Source: Candidatus Hydrogenedentota bacterium
Lineage (GTDB): Bacteria > Hydrogenedentota > Hydrogenedentia > Hydrogenedentales > SLHB01
Reading direction: 5' to 3'
Assembly: GCA_045863335.1 (NCBI GenBank)
Contig: BTVY01000010.1
Coordinates: 1-64,000, forward strand
Length of the DNA: 64,000 nucleotides
In this document: positions 22,723-32,472 of the stretch, piece by piece
Numbering within the stretch: the stretch's first letter is position 1
Layout of the letters: every line of letters begins with the position of its first letter
Program-made: the position numbers and the translations under genes
The notes under the pieces: generated by a model
Told to the model about the DNA's origin: nothing
Seen by the model: the letters and a program-made list of their open reading frames with translations, nothing else
The model's database searches: none

Positions 22723-23793
22723 GTGAAAGCCCTGTTTCGATTCATTGCGATCGGTGCAATTCTATTGATTCCAGCCCTCGTGTATCTTCTGACGTGGCCT
22801 GTGGCAATCGAACCCGTCGCGTGGACGCCGCCGCCCGCGCCTCCGCTCGAAGGTGCCTATGCCCCCAACACCTATCTTGACGATGTCGAGTTACTCCTCG
22901 CCGGAGAGGTGACGGGGCCCGAGGACGTGGCGGTGGACGAAGCCGGACGGCTGTATACGGGCGTCGTGGATGGGCGAATCCTGCGCTTCGACACGGATGG
23001 CGCGAGCGTGGAGACTTTTGCCGACACGGAAGGGCGCCCGCTGGGTATGGCATGGGACGTTGCGGGGAATCTGATTGTCGCCGACGCGATCAAAGGATTG
23101 TTGTCAGTCGATCCCAAGGGCGCAGTCACGACGCTCGCAACCGAAGCCGACGGCATCCCCCTGGGATTCACCGACGACGTGGATGTTGCGGAAGACGGCA
23201 CGGTTTATTTCACCGACGCCAGTTGGCGCTACCACGTGCCGAACTACATGGCCGACCTTATGGACGGCCGCGGCAACGGCCGGTTTCTCGCATACGATCC
23301 CGCGACGCGCCAAACGCGCACCCTCATACGCGATCTGGCGTTTGCGAACGGCGTGGCGGTTAGTCCCGACCAGACCTACGTGCTGATCAACGAGACGTGG
23401 CGGTATCGCGTCTTGCGTTACTGGCTTCAGGGAGAAAAGACCGGTACCTGGGACGTTTTCATCGACAACCTTCCGGGTTTTCCTGACAACCTCTCTTCGA
23501 ATGGTGACGATATCTTCTGGGTTGCCCTCTTCACGACGCGCAATCCGACGGCGGACCTGCTCGCACCGTATCCGTTCGCGCGCAAGATCGTCTGGCGGCT
23601 GCCGCAATCGTTCTTGCCGAAGGCAGCGCCGTACAGCTTCGTCATCGGGGTGGACGCGGCCGGCGTGGTCGTTCACAATCTCCAAGGGCCGGCCGGCGTC
23701 GTCGCGCCAATCACCAGCGTGAATGAATACGATGGCGTGCTGTACTTCGGCAGCGTCGAAGACGACGCCATCGGCCGGATTGCGGCGCCGTAA
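22723..23793 (+). CDS. Strictosidine synthase / SMP-30 family beta-propeller (APMAP-like)
   Basis: Motifs GPEDV, GRPLG, YFTDAS, FANGVA and NLPGFPDN; N-terminal anchor. Confidence 0.88.
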   Translation: MKALFRFIAIGAILLIPALVYLLTWPVAIEPVAWTPPPAPPLEGAYAPNTYLDDVELLLAGEVTGPEDVAVDEAGRLYTGVVDGRILRFDTDGASVETFADTEGRPLGMAWDVAGNLIVADAIKGLLSVDPKGAVTTLATEADGIPLGFTDDVDVAEDGTVYFTDASWRYHVPNYMADLMDGRGNGRFLAYDPATRQTRTLIRDLAFANGVAVSPDQTYVLINETWRYRVLRYWLQGEKTGTWDVFIDNLPGFPDNLSSNGDDIFWVALFTTRNPTADLLAPYPFARKIVWRLPQSFLPKAAPYSFVIGVDAAGVVVHNLQGPAGVVAPITSVNEYDGVLYFGSVEDDAIGRIAAP

Positions 23794-23911
23794 CGCGCCG
23801 GCCCTGTCTCGACCAGGTGTCGTTGCCGATTGCCTGTCGACTCATTGTATGGCGGGGAATCCGATTGCGGGGTGTCCCGCTGGCCCCGTGGCGCGGACAG
23901 TCGGACGAGGA

Positions 23912-24823
23912 TTATTCACGGAGCGCGAGGAAGTGGGCAACGGTGGATTCGCCGAGCGCATCGAGGTTATAGCCGCCTTCCAGTAACGAAACAACCTTAC
24001 CGCCAGCGATTCCCTTTACCATGCGCGTCATTTCCGCGTAGGTCTCCGTCTCGAGGCGTTGCGAGGCCAGCGGGTCCATTTGGTGCGCGTCGAACCCGCA
24101 GGAAATCAGCAGAAACTCCGGTTCGAAACTCTCGAACTCCGGAAGAATCTTGTTCGCCAAGGCGTCCAGCCATTCCTTGGGTCCGTTGCCCCATTCCATC
24201 TGGACGTTGAGATTCGTGTTGTTCTTGCCCCGCTCGTTGGGATAACCCGTGCCAGGGTAGAGCGGGTGCTGGTGGATGCTCGCGTAGTAGACGGAAACGT
24301 CGTTGTAGAACGTGTGCTGCGTGCCGTTGCCGTGATGGACGTCCCAGTCGAGGATGGCGACCCGGCCCACGCCGCGCACTTCCTGCATCCACCGCGCCGC
24401 GACCGCGACGTTGTTGAACAGACAGAAGCCCATGGCGCGATCGGATTCGGCGTGATGTCCCGGTGGGCGCATGGCGGAAAAGGCGTTGTCGCAGTTTCCA
24501 TCGAGCACGGCCTTGCAGCACGCGATCGCGCCGCCCGCCGCCAAGAGGGACGCGTCCCACGAAGCCTCCATCATGGTCGTATCCTGATCGGGGTACGGCA
24601 GATTCTTGGCGCAAGTTTCCCGGATCGTATCAATATACTCCTGCGTGTGGACGCGCAGGAGATCATCGACCGTTGCCGGGGCGACCGGTACGCGCGGGGG
24701 ATCCAGCTTCGACTGCGCGAAGGCCTCCATGATGGCGTTGAGCCGTGCAGGGCATTCGGGATGGCCTGGGCCCGTATCGTGCAACAAGCCCTCCTCGCGG
24801 TAGGCGAGCATGGTTTTCGGCAT
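23912..24823 (-). CDS. Histone deacetylase family (Zn-dependent) protein
   Basis: Motifs HPECPARL, RPPGHHA, GFCLFNN, DWDVHHGNGTQ, GFDAH and LEGGY; RBS AGGAGG. Confidence 0.93.
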   Translation of the reverse strand: MPKTMLAYREEGLLHDTGPGHPECPARLNAIMEAFAQSKLDPPRVPVAPATVDDLLRVHTQEYIDTIRETCAKNLPYPDQDTTMMEASWDASLLAAGGAIACCKAVLDGNCDNAFSAMRPPGHHAESDRAMGFCLFNNVAVAARWMQEVRGVGRVAILDWDVHHGNGTQHTFYNDVSVYYASIHQHPLYPGTGYPNERGKNNTNLNVQMEWGNGPKEWLDALANKILPEFESFEPEFLLISCGFDAHQMDPLASQRLETETYAEMTRMVKGIAGGKVVSLLEGGYNLDALGESTVAHFLALRE

Positions 24824-25066
24824 GAATCCTCCTGATTGCTGCAGAGGCAATATCTGCATTCACCTGTAGTCGCGATTCAAGGGATAGATCCAATCGTAAT
24901 ATCAAATTGGGAGCCGTACAACCCGGTAATAGACCTGGAGGGATTCGTACCGTCCCGAACCTGACGGACTTCGCCAGGAATTCGGGAATTGCTTCCCGCG
25001 TGGCTGGCGAGCAAAGGGATGTTGGTTGACGCTCCCGAAGCCCCGCAGGTTTGACCCGAAAAAGAG

Positions 25067-25106
25067 CCGTGAATATTTGCACGATTAGGGTCAAAAGTGG
25101 TAAACT
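25067..25106 (+). promoter_or_regulatory. Putative promoter of the ATP synthase region, with a Rex-like box over the -35
   Basis: TTGCAC (25077) - 18 bp - TAAACT (25101). cGTGAAtattTGCACg at 25068-25083 resembles TTGTGAA-N4-TTCACAA. Confidence 0.4.
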
Positions 25107-25167
25107 GCGGGCGATGTCTGGTTTTGGGGGGTCGGGCTCGTATCAGCGGCCCACGCAAGGGAGACGC

Positions 25168-25566
25168 GTGGATTCGTTTCACCGCTTTAGCCGCCTCACC
25201 ATCGGGGTCACGCTGGTCCTCACGACAGCAATTGCCGGTATCCTGGCGATCTATGACGTCGCTGCCGCCAAGGGTTTCCAGTTAGGAGGCTTGGCCGGTG
25301 CGGCCGGGTTTTGGTTGATGGCGAACCGGGCCAGGACGATTGGCGCCATCGCCCCCGAGGAACTACCTTACCGGATACACCGGTGGACGTTTGTACGGAT
25401 CGCGTTGTACGCAGGTTTTCTGGTGCTCGCGTATACCGTAGACGGGCGGGAGTATCACGGGCTGATTGCGGCCGTATTCGGGCTGCTGGTGGTTCGGGTC
25501 GTACTGACCGGACTGGGCTTGACGATGCTTCGCGCCAAGACGGAGAATAAAGCGAATAGTGAGTGA
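25168..25566 (+). CDS. AtpI/UncI-like four-helix membrane protein
   Basis: About 132 aa, four TM helices, GFQLGG and FVRIALY patterns resembling ATP synthase protein I. GTG start after AAGGGAG; directly upstream of the ATPase operon. Confidence 0.6.
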   Translation: MDSFHRFSRLTIGVTLVLTTAIAGILAIYDVAAAKGFQLGGLAGAAGFWLMANRARTIGAIAPEELPYRIHRWTFVRIALYAGFLVLAYTVDGREYHGLIAAVFGLLVVRVVLTGLGLTMLRAKTENKANSE

Positions 25567-25661
25567 ATGGGGGCGGGGGTGTTGATTCCTCTCCGGGTTC
25601 AGTGCCTTTGGTTCTCTTGACGGCTGTGCAGTCAGCAGCTTTCCAATGATGGGAGTTTACG

Positions 25662-25973
25662 ATGTCATCGCTCGTGCAGAACATTCTTGCCCTTGAACAA
25701 GAGGCGAGCGCGGTCGTGGCGCGCGCCCACGAGCAGGCCGCAGTCACCGCGAAAGAGGCCGACGAGACGATACGGTCCCAGCGTAGCGCGTTACTTCAGG
25801 AATCGGAAGGACGCGTGGACGAGTATCGCACGTTGGCGGGCAATCGGTTTGAGACGGAAAAGGCTGCAGCCCAAGCGCACCATGAATCGGCGATGGCCGC
25901 CCTCGATCAAATTCCTTCAGCGCAGATACAGAAGCAGGTGGACCGAATCGTGAACGCGTTTAGGGGGATATAG
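25662..25973 (+). CDS. V/A-type ATP synthase peripheral stalk subunit H/G
   Basis: 103-aa coiled coil (ILALEQEASAVVARA) placed first in the operon. Confidence 0.75.
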   Translation: MSSLVQNILALEQEASAVVARAHEQAAVTAKEADETIRSQRSALLQESEGRVDEYRTLAGNRFETEKAAAQAHHESAMAALDQIPSAQIQKQVDRIVNAFRGI

Positions 25974-25978
25974 GCTCC

Positions 25979-28054
25979 ATGGCCATCGACCCCATGAAGA
26001 AAGTGACTATTCTGTGCCCGGTGGGTTCGTCGCGCCGGTTGAACCGGGCGTTGCATACGCTGGGCACGGTCGAGCTTGTCGACGCATCTCCGCATCTCGA
26101 AGAGGCAGGCGAGGCGCTTTCGCGCAAGGAAGTTTCGACCGAGCAAACCGATCTGCAACTTCAGAAGCTGCACTTGATCACGGGGCTCATTGATGAGTTT
26201 GCGCCCGAGGAGCAAAGCTTTCTGGAGGGGTTGACGCCGCTGCCGCTCGTCATCGAACCCAAGGAGTTGGACGAGGCTATCCGGTCCTACGATCTTGACG
26301 GGACTTATGAAATCGCGCACGACCTCGACGACGCGTACAAGCGCGCCGAACGGCGCATGAGCGAAATCCAGGCGCAGCTCGAAACACTGGCGCCGTTAGA
26401 GGATTTGCCGCTCACCGTATCGGACCTGAAATCGCCAGTGCATGTGCGCATGCAACTCGGAACGATCCCGGCGCGAAACCTGGAGGATTTCAAAGGGAAT
26501 CCGGCTGTTCAGGCCATACTCGCCTGGGAGTCGGTGGCGTCTGGGCAGGCGTCTCGCCAGAAGCAAAACGGAAGCAAGAACGGCGGCAGCGGAACCGCGG
26601 GGCAATCGGATGCCGTTCGCGTAGTGGTGACCTATCTGTTGGAGGATGAAAATTCTGCGCGGCGGTTGTTGGCCGAGTCCCAGTTTGAGGAGATTCCGTT
26701 GCCCGATATTCGCGGCAAGGTGCGCGACCGGATTCGTGAATTGAACGGCGACTTCAACGAGTGCGAGCGGCAGATCGATCACGTGCGCGAAGAAGCCATC
26801 AAGCTGGCGGCATCGCGACGTACGATCAAGGTTTTGACGGCCTATTGGGAGAGCACGCGAAAACGGCAGCTGGCCCGGGGCATCACGGCGGAAGGCCGCT
26901 GGGTACATGTCACCGAGGGGTACACCCGCGCGCGCGACGTGTGCGAACTGCAACGCATGTTGCAGCGCGAACTTCCGGAAACTTCTCTGATCATCCGCGA
27001 TCCCGAACCCGGCGAAGACGTGCCGGTAAGCATCACCTTGCCCAAGCTCGTGCGCCCCATCCAGATGCTGGTGAACTTGTTCGGCTTGCCGCCTTATGCG
27101 AACTTCGATCCGTCGCCGTTTATCGTGTTCAACTTCACGCTCTTCTTCGGCATCTGCTTCGGCGATGTCGGCTACGGTACGATGCTGACGCTGCTGGGCT
27201 GGTATATCGCGCGCAAGACCCGTCTTTATGAGGGTGTCCATTTCTTCGCAAAACTGCTTATGCTGGCGGGCGTCAGCACGATCGTCTTCGGGCTGCTCTT
27301 TGGATCGTGGTTCGGCGATCTGTACAACCCCGAGTATCTCGGTGAGAACAACCCGCTCTTGCGGGTCAAGAATGTATTCCAAATCACGGACCCGCTGGCG
27401 GACCCGGTGACGATGCTCGTCGCCGCGTTGGGCGTCGGGATGCTGAACCAGTTCTACGGAATTGGCCTCAAGATGTATGGCGCGGCGAGGCAAGGCGACT
27501 GGGTCACGGCGTTCTGCGACGGATTATTGTGGCTGATTACTTTGCCCGGCATGGTTATCGCCATCAGCACGATCTTCGTGGAGCTGCCGTCTTTGGTCTT
27601 CAATATCGGTGTGGGCATGTTTGTCGTTGGCGCCATTGGCCTGGTTCTCACGCAAGGTCGTGACGCCGAGGGAATCGTGGCCAAGATTGGCACGGGCGTC
27701 GTCAGCCTCTACGGGATCGTGGGCAGTTACGGCTGCACGGCATTCATCGGCGACACGTTGTCCTATTGCCGTTTGCTCGCGCTGGCATTGACCACGTCGA
27801 TCGTCGGCTTGACGGTCAACATGATCGGGGGGCTGCTTGCGGAGAGCGTGCCGTACGTGGGCACGGTGCTTTTCATCGTCGTGTTGGTCGTCGGCCACAC
27901 GTTCAATTTCGCTATCAGCATGCTGGGCGCATTTGTGCATGCCATGCGTTTGATTTTCGTGGAGTTCTTCGGGCGGTTCTACGAAGGGGGCGCGAAACCC
28001 TTCGAGCCGCTGGGATTCGATTCGCCTTCGTACGTATTGAAACGGTCGCAGTAA
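25979..28054 (+). CDS. ntpI: V/A-type ATP synthase subunit I (a)
   Basis: Motifs MKKVT, DPSP, FGDVGYG, LSYCRLLAL, GHTFN and HAMRLIFVEFFGRFYEGG. Confidence 0.95.
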   Translation: MAIDPMKKVTILCPVGSSRRLNRALHTLGTVELVDASPHLEEAGEALSRKEVSTEQTDLQLQKLHLITGLIDEFAPEEQSFLEGLTPLPLVIEPKELDEAIRSYDLDGTYEIAHDLDDAYKRAERRMSEIQAQLETLAPLEDLPLTVSDLKSPVHVRMQLGTIPARNLEDFKGNPAVQAILAWESVASGQASRQKQNGSKNGGSGTAGQSDAVRVVVTYLLEDENSARRLLAESQFEEIPLPDIRGKVRDRIRELNGDFNECERQIDHVREEAIKLAASRRTIKVLTAYWESTRKRQLARGITAEGRWVHVTEGYTRARDVCELQRMLQRELPETSLIIRDPEPGEDVPVSITLPKLVRPIQMLVNLFGLPPYANFDPSPFIVFNFTLFFGICFGDVGYGTMLTLLGWYIARKTRLYEGVHFFAKLLMLAGVSTIVFGLLFGSWFGDLYNPEYLGENNPLLRVKNVFQITDPLADPVTMLVAALGVGMLNQFYGIGLKMYGAARQGDWVTAFCDGLLWLITLPGMVIAISTIFVELPSLVFNIGVGMFVVGAIGLVLTQGRDAEGIVAKIGTGVVSLYGIVGSYGCTAFIGDTLSYCRLLALALTTSIVGLTVNMIGGLLAESVPYVGTVLFIVVLVVGHTFNFAISMLGAFVHAMRLIFVEFFGRFYEGGAKPFEPLGFDSPSYVLKRSQ

Positions 28055-28144
28055 ACCCGGCCCCAGACAAAGGCCAGTGAAATGAAGTCACGCCACGGCG
28101 TGGCGGGGAGTAAATCCCCAAGGAAAGGATGGAGGACGCGGAAC

Positions 28145-28678
28145 ATGGATCTTCAGTTGTCAGTTGAGCTGGGGCGGGGACTCGCCTTTACTGGTGCCGC
28201 GCTGGCGTTCGCATTGGGCGGCTGCGGTTCGGCGAAAGGCATCGGAATCGCTTCCCAGGAAGCCGCAGGGGTGCTCAGCGAGAAGCCGGGCCTGTTCGGC
28301 CGATTGCTGGTGATGGTTGCCCTGCCGGGCACCCAAGGGTTTTATGGATTCATCACGACCTTCATGATGGCCCAGCAGACGGGCCTCATAGGCGGAACGG
28401 TGAATGTAACGCCGGGCACGGGGTTGGCACTTGCATTGGTCGGTTTTGGCGCGGGGCTCGCCCTATATGTCAGCGCGATCAATCAGGGGCAGGCATCGGC
28501 CGCGGGTATCGCACTCATTGGCCGTCGTGAAGACGCTGCGGGACGCGCACTGCTGTTCCCGGCCCTGGTGGAAACCTACGCCGTGGTTGCGTTGCTCGCA
28601 GCGATTCTGTTCATTCTGTGGCTGACCAACAGCGCGGAAACATCCAACGTGCTCGAATACATTCGGACCGCGCAATAA
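28145..28678 (+). CDS. ntpK: V/A-type ATP synthase subunit K (c), four-TM type with Na+-binding signature
   Basis: Motifs GSAKG, LPGTQGFYG, SAINQG and LVETYA. Start MDLQL after GGAGG. Confidence 0.93.
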   Translation: MDLQLSVELGRGLAFTGAALAFALGGCGSAKGIGIASQEAAGVLSEKPGLFGRLLVMVALPGTQGFYGFITTFMMAQQTGLIGGTVNVTPGTGLALALVGFGAGLALYVSAINQGQASAAGIALIGRREDAAGRALLFPALVETYAVVALLAAILFILWLTNSAETSNVLEYIRTAQ

Positions 28679-28720
28679 CCCGTCGGCCCGCGAACCACAC
28701 GAGAATCAGGGAGCACCATC

Positions 28721-29308
28721 GTGGGACTTGAAAAGATCCAGGAGGCCGTGAAGACCTCGGCGCAGAAAGAGGCCGATCTGATCGTGCGCGCGGCCCAGCG
28801 TTCTGCGGAGGAGCGGATTGAGGCCGAACGCGAAGCGGCCGAACGCGAAGCGGAGCGGCAGTATCAGGCAGCGACCCGGGCCATCGAGGAAGAGTTCAGC
28901 CGGAAGCTGCTGCAGGTGAAAGGCGCCCAGGGCAAGCAGTTGCTCGAAAAGCGCAACGGCCTGTTGAAACGCGTATTCGACCAGGCGCGGCAGCAGATCG
29001 TCAGCATGGACCCGCAGGAGTACGCCAAGATCATGGGCGGCCTGCTGGAACGCGCCGTCGGCGACCGGGGCGGGAAACTTCGGATTCACCCCAAGGACAA
29101 AGCGGCCTTTGAGAAGGTGCTGAGCGAGTTCAACGGAAAACGCGGCGGCAAACCGGTAACCCTCGACGAGTCGAAGCCCTTGCCCGAGCAGGGCGGGTTC
29201 ATCTTCGTGAGCGACACGTTCGAGGTGGACCAGACCGTGGGAACCTTGTTGACTGACATGGAACACGAATTGGCGCCGCAGATCGCGGCCGATTTGTTCA
29301 GCGAGTAG
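28721..29308 (+). CDS. ntpE: V/A-type ATP synthase subunit E
   Basis: MGLEKI coiled coil, GGFI, C-terminal IAADLF; operon position. Confidence 0.9.
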   Translation: MGLEKIQEAVKTSAQKEADLIVRAAQRSAEERIEAEREAAEREAERQYQAATRAIEEEFSRKLLQVKGAQGKQLLEKRNGLLKRVFDQARQQIVSMDPQEYAKIMGGLLERAVGDRGGKLRIHPKDKAAFEKVLSEFNGKRGGKPVTLDESKPLPEQGGFIFVSDTFEVDQTVGTLLTDMEHELAPQIAADLFSE

Positions 29309-29323
29309 GATGCGGAAGCGCCG

Positions 29324-30313
29324 GTGATAGCCTTAACACCATTCAACCCCGACTGGGGATTCGTCTGCGGGCGGGTGAGCACGCTGGAAGCGCGCCTGCT
29401 CACGTCGGAGTTTTTCAACACCATGGTGTCCCATCCGAAGCTGGAAGACGTCATGCGCCAGTTGCAGGACACGCCCTTGCGCGATTTCGCCGTGTCCGGC
29501 GCGGACTTCCAGGACTGGAGCGGGATTATTGACCAGTATTTCCACGACCTCGTGAAGTCGATTCGCAAGGATTGCCCAAACCCGGCGATTGCCAACTTGT
29601 TCATTCTCCGCGACGACTACCAGAACCTGAAGATCGCCGTGACGGGGCAGAACACCTATCCCTTCCCGAGCGCGACCCTGGAGCCGGAGAAGTTAGCGGG
29701 CGTGTCCGGCGGCGATGCGTCGCATTTGCCGTCACCCTTCCGGGAAGCGGCATCGGCGGCGCTGGCCTCGGTCGAGGAGACGCGCAATCAGCAGATGGTG
29801 GACGTGGTACTCGACGCAGCGTATCTGCGTCACATCCTTTCCCTGCGCGAGACCACGAAATCGGAGTTGGTGCGCACGTACATTGAGGACTTTGTGTTGT
29901 CCCACGCCCTGGTCGCGATTTGGCGGCGTTACGAAACAGGCGTCTCGGCCAAAGCGATTCAGCGGTACCTGATCCCCATGGGCAACCTGACGTCTACGCT
30001 GTCCGCTGTGTTGAATGCGGGCGAGCCATCGAACTGGCCGGATGTCGTGCGCGGTTCCATCGGCGAGCTGTTGCGTCAAGCCATCGAGTTGGACGAAGGC
30101 GATGCCGCGCGCCGGTTCGAGGACTTGTCCACAAACCATCTCGTGGCCATTACACAGCGCGGCCAAGGACAGGTCTCGGGGCCGGAGCGGGTGCTGGCGT
30201 ATCTGCGGACCCTCGCGAGCGAAGCACACAACCTGAAACTGATCGTCTGTGGACGGTTGAGCCGGATCGAGCCGGACAACCTCAAGCGGCGGATGCGGGT
30301 GGCCCATGGTTAG
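29324..30313 (+). CDS. ntpC: V/A-type ATP synthase subunit C (d)
   Basis: Motifs GRVSTLEARLL, DYQNLK, GPERVLAY and EAHNLKLI; operon position. Confidence 0.88.
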   Translation: MIALTPFNPDWGFVCGRVSTLEARLLTSEFFNTMVSHPKLEDVMRQLQDTPLRDFAVSGADFQDWSGIIDQYFHDLVKSIRKDCPNPAIANLFILRDDYQNLKIAVTGQNTYPFPSATLEPEKLAGVSGGDASHLPSPFREAASAALASVEETRNQQMVDVVLDAAYLRHILSLRETTKSELVRTYIEDFVLSHALVAIWRRYETGVSAKAIQRYLIPMGNLTSTLSAVLNAGEPSNWPDVVRGSIGELLRQAIELDEGDAARRFEDLSTNHLVAITQRGQGQVSGPERVLAYLRTLASEAHNLKLIVCGRLSRIEPDNLKRRMRVAHG

Positions 30314-30629
30314 AGCGGTAGCAGTTGGCGAACGGCACCTGATCCTGGGATTTAAGGGCGTTGGCTTCGAGATCGTGGGATGCTCCGACGCGACGAGCCT
30401 GCACGCGGAACTTGGCAAGCTGTCGCGCGATGCGGACGTCGCCCTCGTGCTCGTGACCGAGAGCATGGCCAAAGAAGCGCCGGAGGCCATCGAACTGTTT
30501 CGCGAACGCAGCCAGGGGATCCTGACCATCATCCCCACGCACGAGGGAAGCCAGCATTACAGTTTCGAGATCATGAAGAAAGCCGTGGAACGCTCCATCG
30601 GCGTCGATATATTGGGCAAAGAACAATAG
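30306..30629 (+). CDS. ntpG: V/A-type ATP synthase subunit F
   Basis: AVAVGERHLILGFKGVG and VERSIGVDI. Confidence 0.9.
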   Translation: MVRAVAVGERHLILGFKGVGFEIVGCSDATSLHAELGKLSRDADVALVLVTESMAKEAPEAIELFRERSQGILTIIPTHEGSQHYSFEIMKKAVERSIGVDILGKEQ

Positions 30630-30686
30630 TACCTGCGGTGCAGCGGCCCCAATGGAGGGGGCGCGCAAACGGTAAAGGTAGAAGCG

Positions 30687-32447
30687 GTGAGCAACGAGCA
30701 CGGAGTAGTGGTGAAAGTGTCGGGTCCCCTGGTGGTGGCCCGCGGATTGGGCGGCGCACGCATGTTCGAGATGGTGCGCGTCGGCGAAGAACGCCTCTTC
30801 GGCGAGATCATCGAGATCCGGGGCGAAGACTTCTCCGTCCAGGTCTACGAAGAGACCGAAGGCATCGGACCCGGCCAGCCCGTGTTTCGCACCGGCGAAG
30901 CCTTGAGCGTGGAATTGGGACCCGGCCTCATCAAGTCCATTTACGACGGCGTACAGCGGCCGCTCGACAAGCTACAACAGGACTTCGGCGATTTCATCGT
31001 GCGCGGCGCCGAACGGCCGGCGCTTGACCGCGACGCTCAATGGGAGTTCGTTCCCGTTGCGAAGGAAGGCGATGAAGTTTTCGCTGGCGACGTGCTCGGC
31101 ACGGTGAAGGAAAGCAAACTCGTCGTCCATAAGATCATGGTCCCGCCGGGAACGAAAGGGAAGGTCAAGAAGATTGGCCAGGTGACCGGCAACGTGGAGA
31201 CCGAAGTGGCCGTGCTCGAAACGGCAAATGGACCTGTCCCGGTTAACATGATTCAGCGGTGGCCCGTCCGGCACGGCCGTAACGTGGCGCGCAAACTGCC
31301 GCCGACGGTGCCACTCGTTACGGGCCAGCGCGTCATCGATATGTTCTTCCCGCTCGCCAAGGGGGGCACGGCCTGCGTGCCGGGTCCATTTGGAAGCGGC
31401 AAGACGGTCGTGCAACACCAGCTCGCGAAGTGGTCCGACGCCAACGTCATCGTCTATGTGGGTTGCGGCGAACGCGGAAACGAAATGACGGACGTGCTCA
31501 TGGAGTTTCCCGAACTGAAAGACCCGACGTCCGGCGAGCCCTTGATGGAACGCACGGTGCTTATTGCGAACACATCGAACATGCCGGTGGCCGCGCGGGA
31601 GGCGTCGGTATTTACCGGCATCACCATCGCCGAGTATTTCCGCGACATGGGGTACTCGGTCGCGCTGATGGCCGACTCGACGAGCCGTTGGGCCGAGGCC
31701 ATGCGCGAAATGTCCGGCCGTCTCGAAGAAATGCCCGGCGAAGAAGGCTATCCCGCGTATTTGGGTTCGCGGATTGCCAGCTTCTACGAGCGTTCCGGAA
31801 ACGTCGTGTGCCTTGGATCGGAGCAACGGGAAGGTTCGCTTTCGCTCATCGGCGCCGTGTCGCCTCCCGGTGGCGACCTGTCGGAACCGGTCGTACAGGC
31901 GACGCTGCGCGTGGTCAAGGTGTTTTGGGGGCTGGACGACAAGCTGGCGTTCGCGCGCCACTTCCCGGCCATCAACTGGCTGACGTCCTATTCGCTGTAT
32001 CAGGACGTAATCGACCGCTACGCCAACGAGACCTACGACAAGGATTGGGAATCCGCGCGCAAACGGGCTATGGCTATCTTGCAGCGCGAGTCGGAGCTGG
32101 ACGAACTCGTGCGCCTGGTCGGTATCGACGCGCTGGCCCACGACGACCGGTTGCTGATGCAGGCCGCGAAGATGGTCCGCGAAGACTTCCTGCACCAGAA
32201 CGCCTTCGACGAGCGCGACAGTTACACATCCATGCCGAAGCAGTTGCGGCTGCTGAAGGTCATCCTTCATTACTTCGACGAAGCGCGCGCGGGAATGAAA
32301 GAAGGCGCGGAACTCAGCGCGCTGCTTAATCTGAAGGCGATGGACGACGTGGCCCGCGCCAAATTGATCCCCGAAGACAAGCCCGAAGAGTACGAGGCCC
32401 TGATGCAGCGCATTACGGAAGAAATCCAAGCCCTGCCGAGAGACTAA
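30687..32447 (+). CDS. ntpA: V/A-type ATP synthase catalytic subunit A
   Basis: Motifs [25 protein letters not shown] and EEGYPAYL. Confidence 0.97.
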   Translation: MSNEHGVVVKVSGPLVVARGLGGARMFEMVRVGEERLFGEIIEIRGEDFSVQVYEETEGIGPGQPVFRTGEALSVELGPGLIKSIYDGVQRPLDKLQQDFGDFIVRGAERPALDRDAQWEFVPVAKEGDEVFAGDVLGTVKESKLVVHKIMVPPGTKGKVKKIGQVTGNVETEVAVLETANGPVPVNMIQRWPVRHGRNVARKLPPTVPLVTGQRVIDMFFPLAKGGTACVPGPFGSGKTVVQHQLAKWSDANVIVYVGCGERGNEMTDVLMEFPELKDPTSGEPLMERTVLIANTSNMPVAAREASVFTGITIAEYFRDMGYSVALMADSTSRWAEAMREMSGRLEEMPGEEGYPAYLGSRIASFYERSGNVVCLGSEQREGSLSLIGAVSPPGGDLSEPVVQATLRVVKVFWGLDDKLAFARHFPAINWLTSYSLYQDVIDRYANETYDKDWESARKRAMAILQRESELDELVRLVGIDALAHDDRLLMQAAKMVREDFLHQNAFDERDSYTSMPKQLRLLKVILHYFDEARAGMKEGAELSALLNLKAMDDVARAKLIPEDKPEEYEALMQRITEEIQALPRD

Positions 32448-32472
32448 CGGCCGGAATCATGGGAGCGAGAGC

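Noticed and set aside
24930-25015. Hairpin-rich tract resembling SRP RNA on the minus strand (GTCAGGTTCGG)
   Set aside because: It lacks the conserved GGAAGGAAGCAGC loop; no ncRNA family can be supported without an Infernal search.
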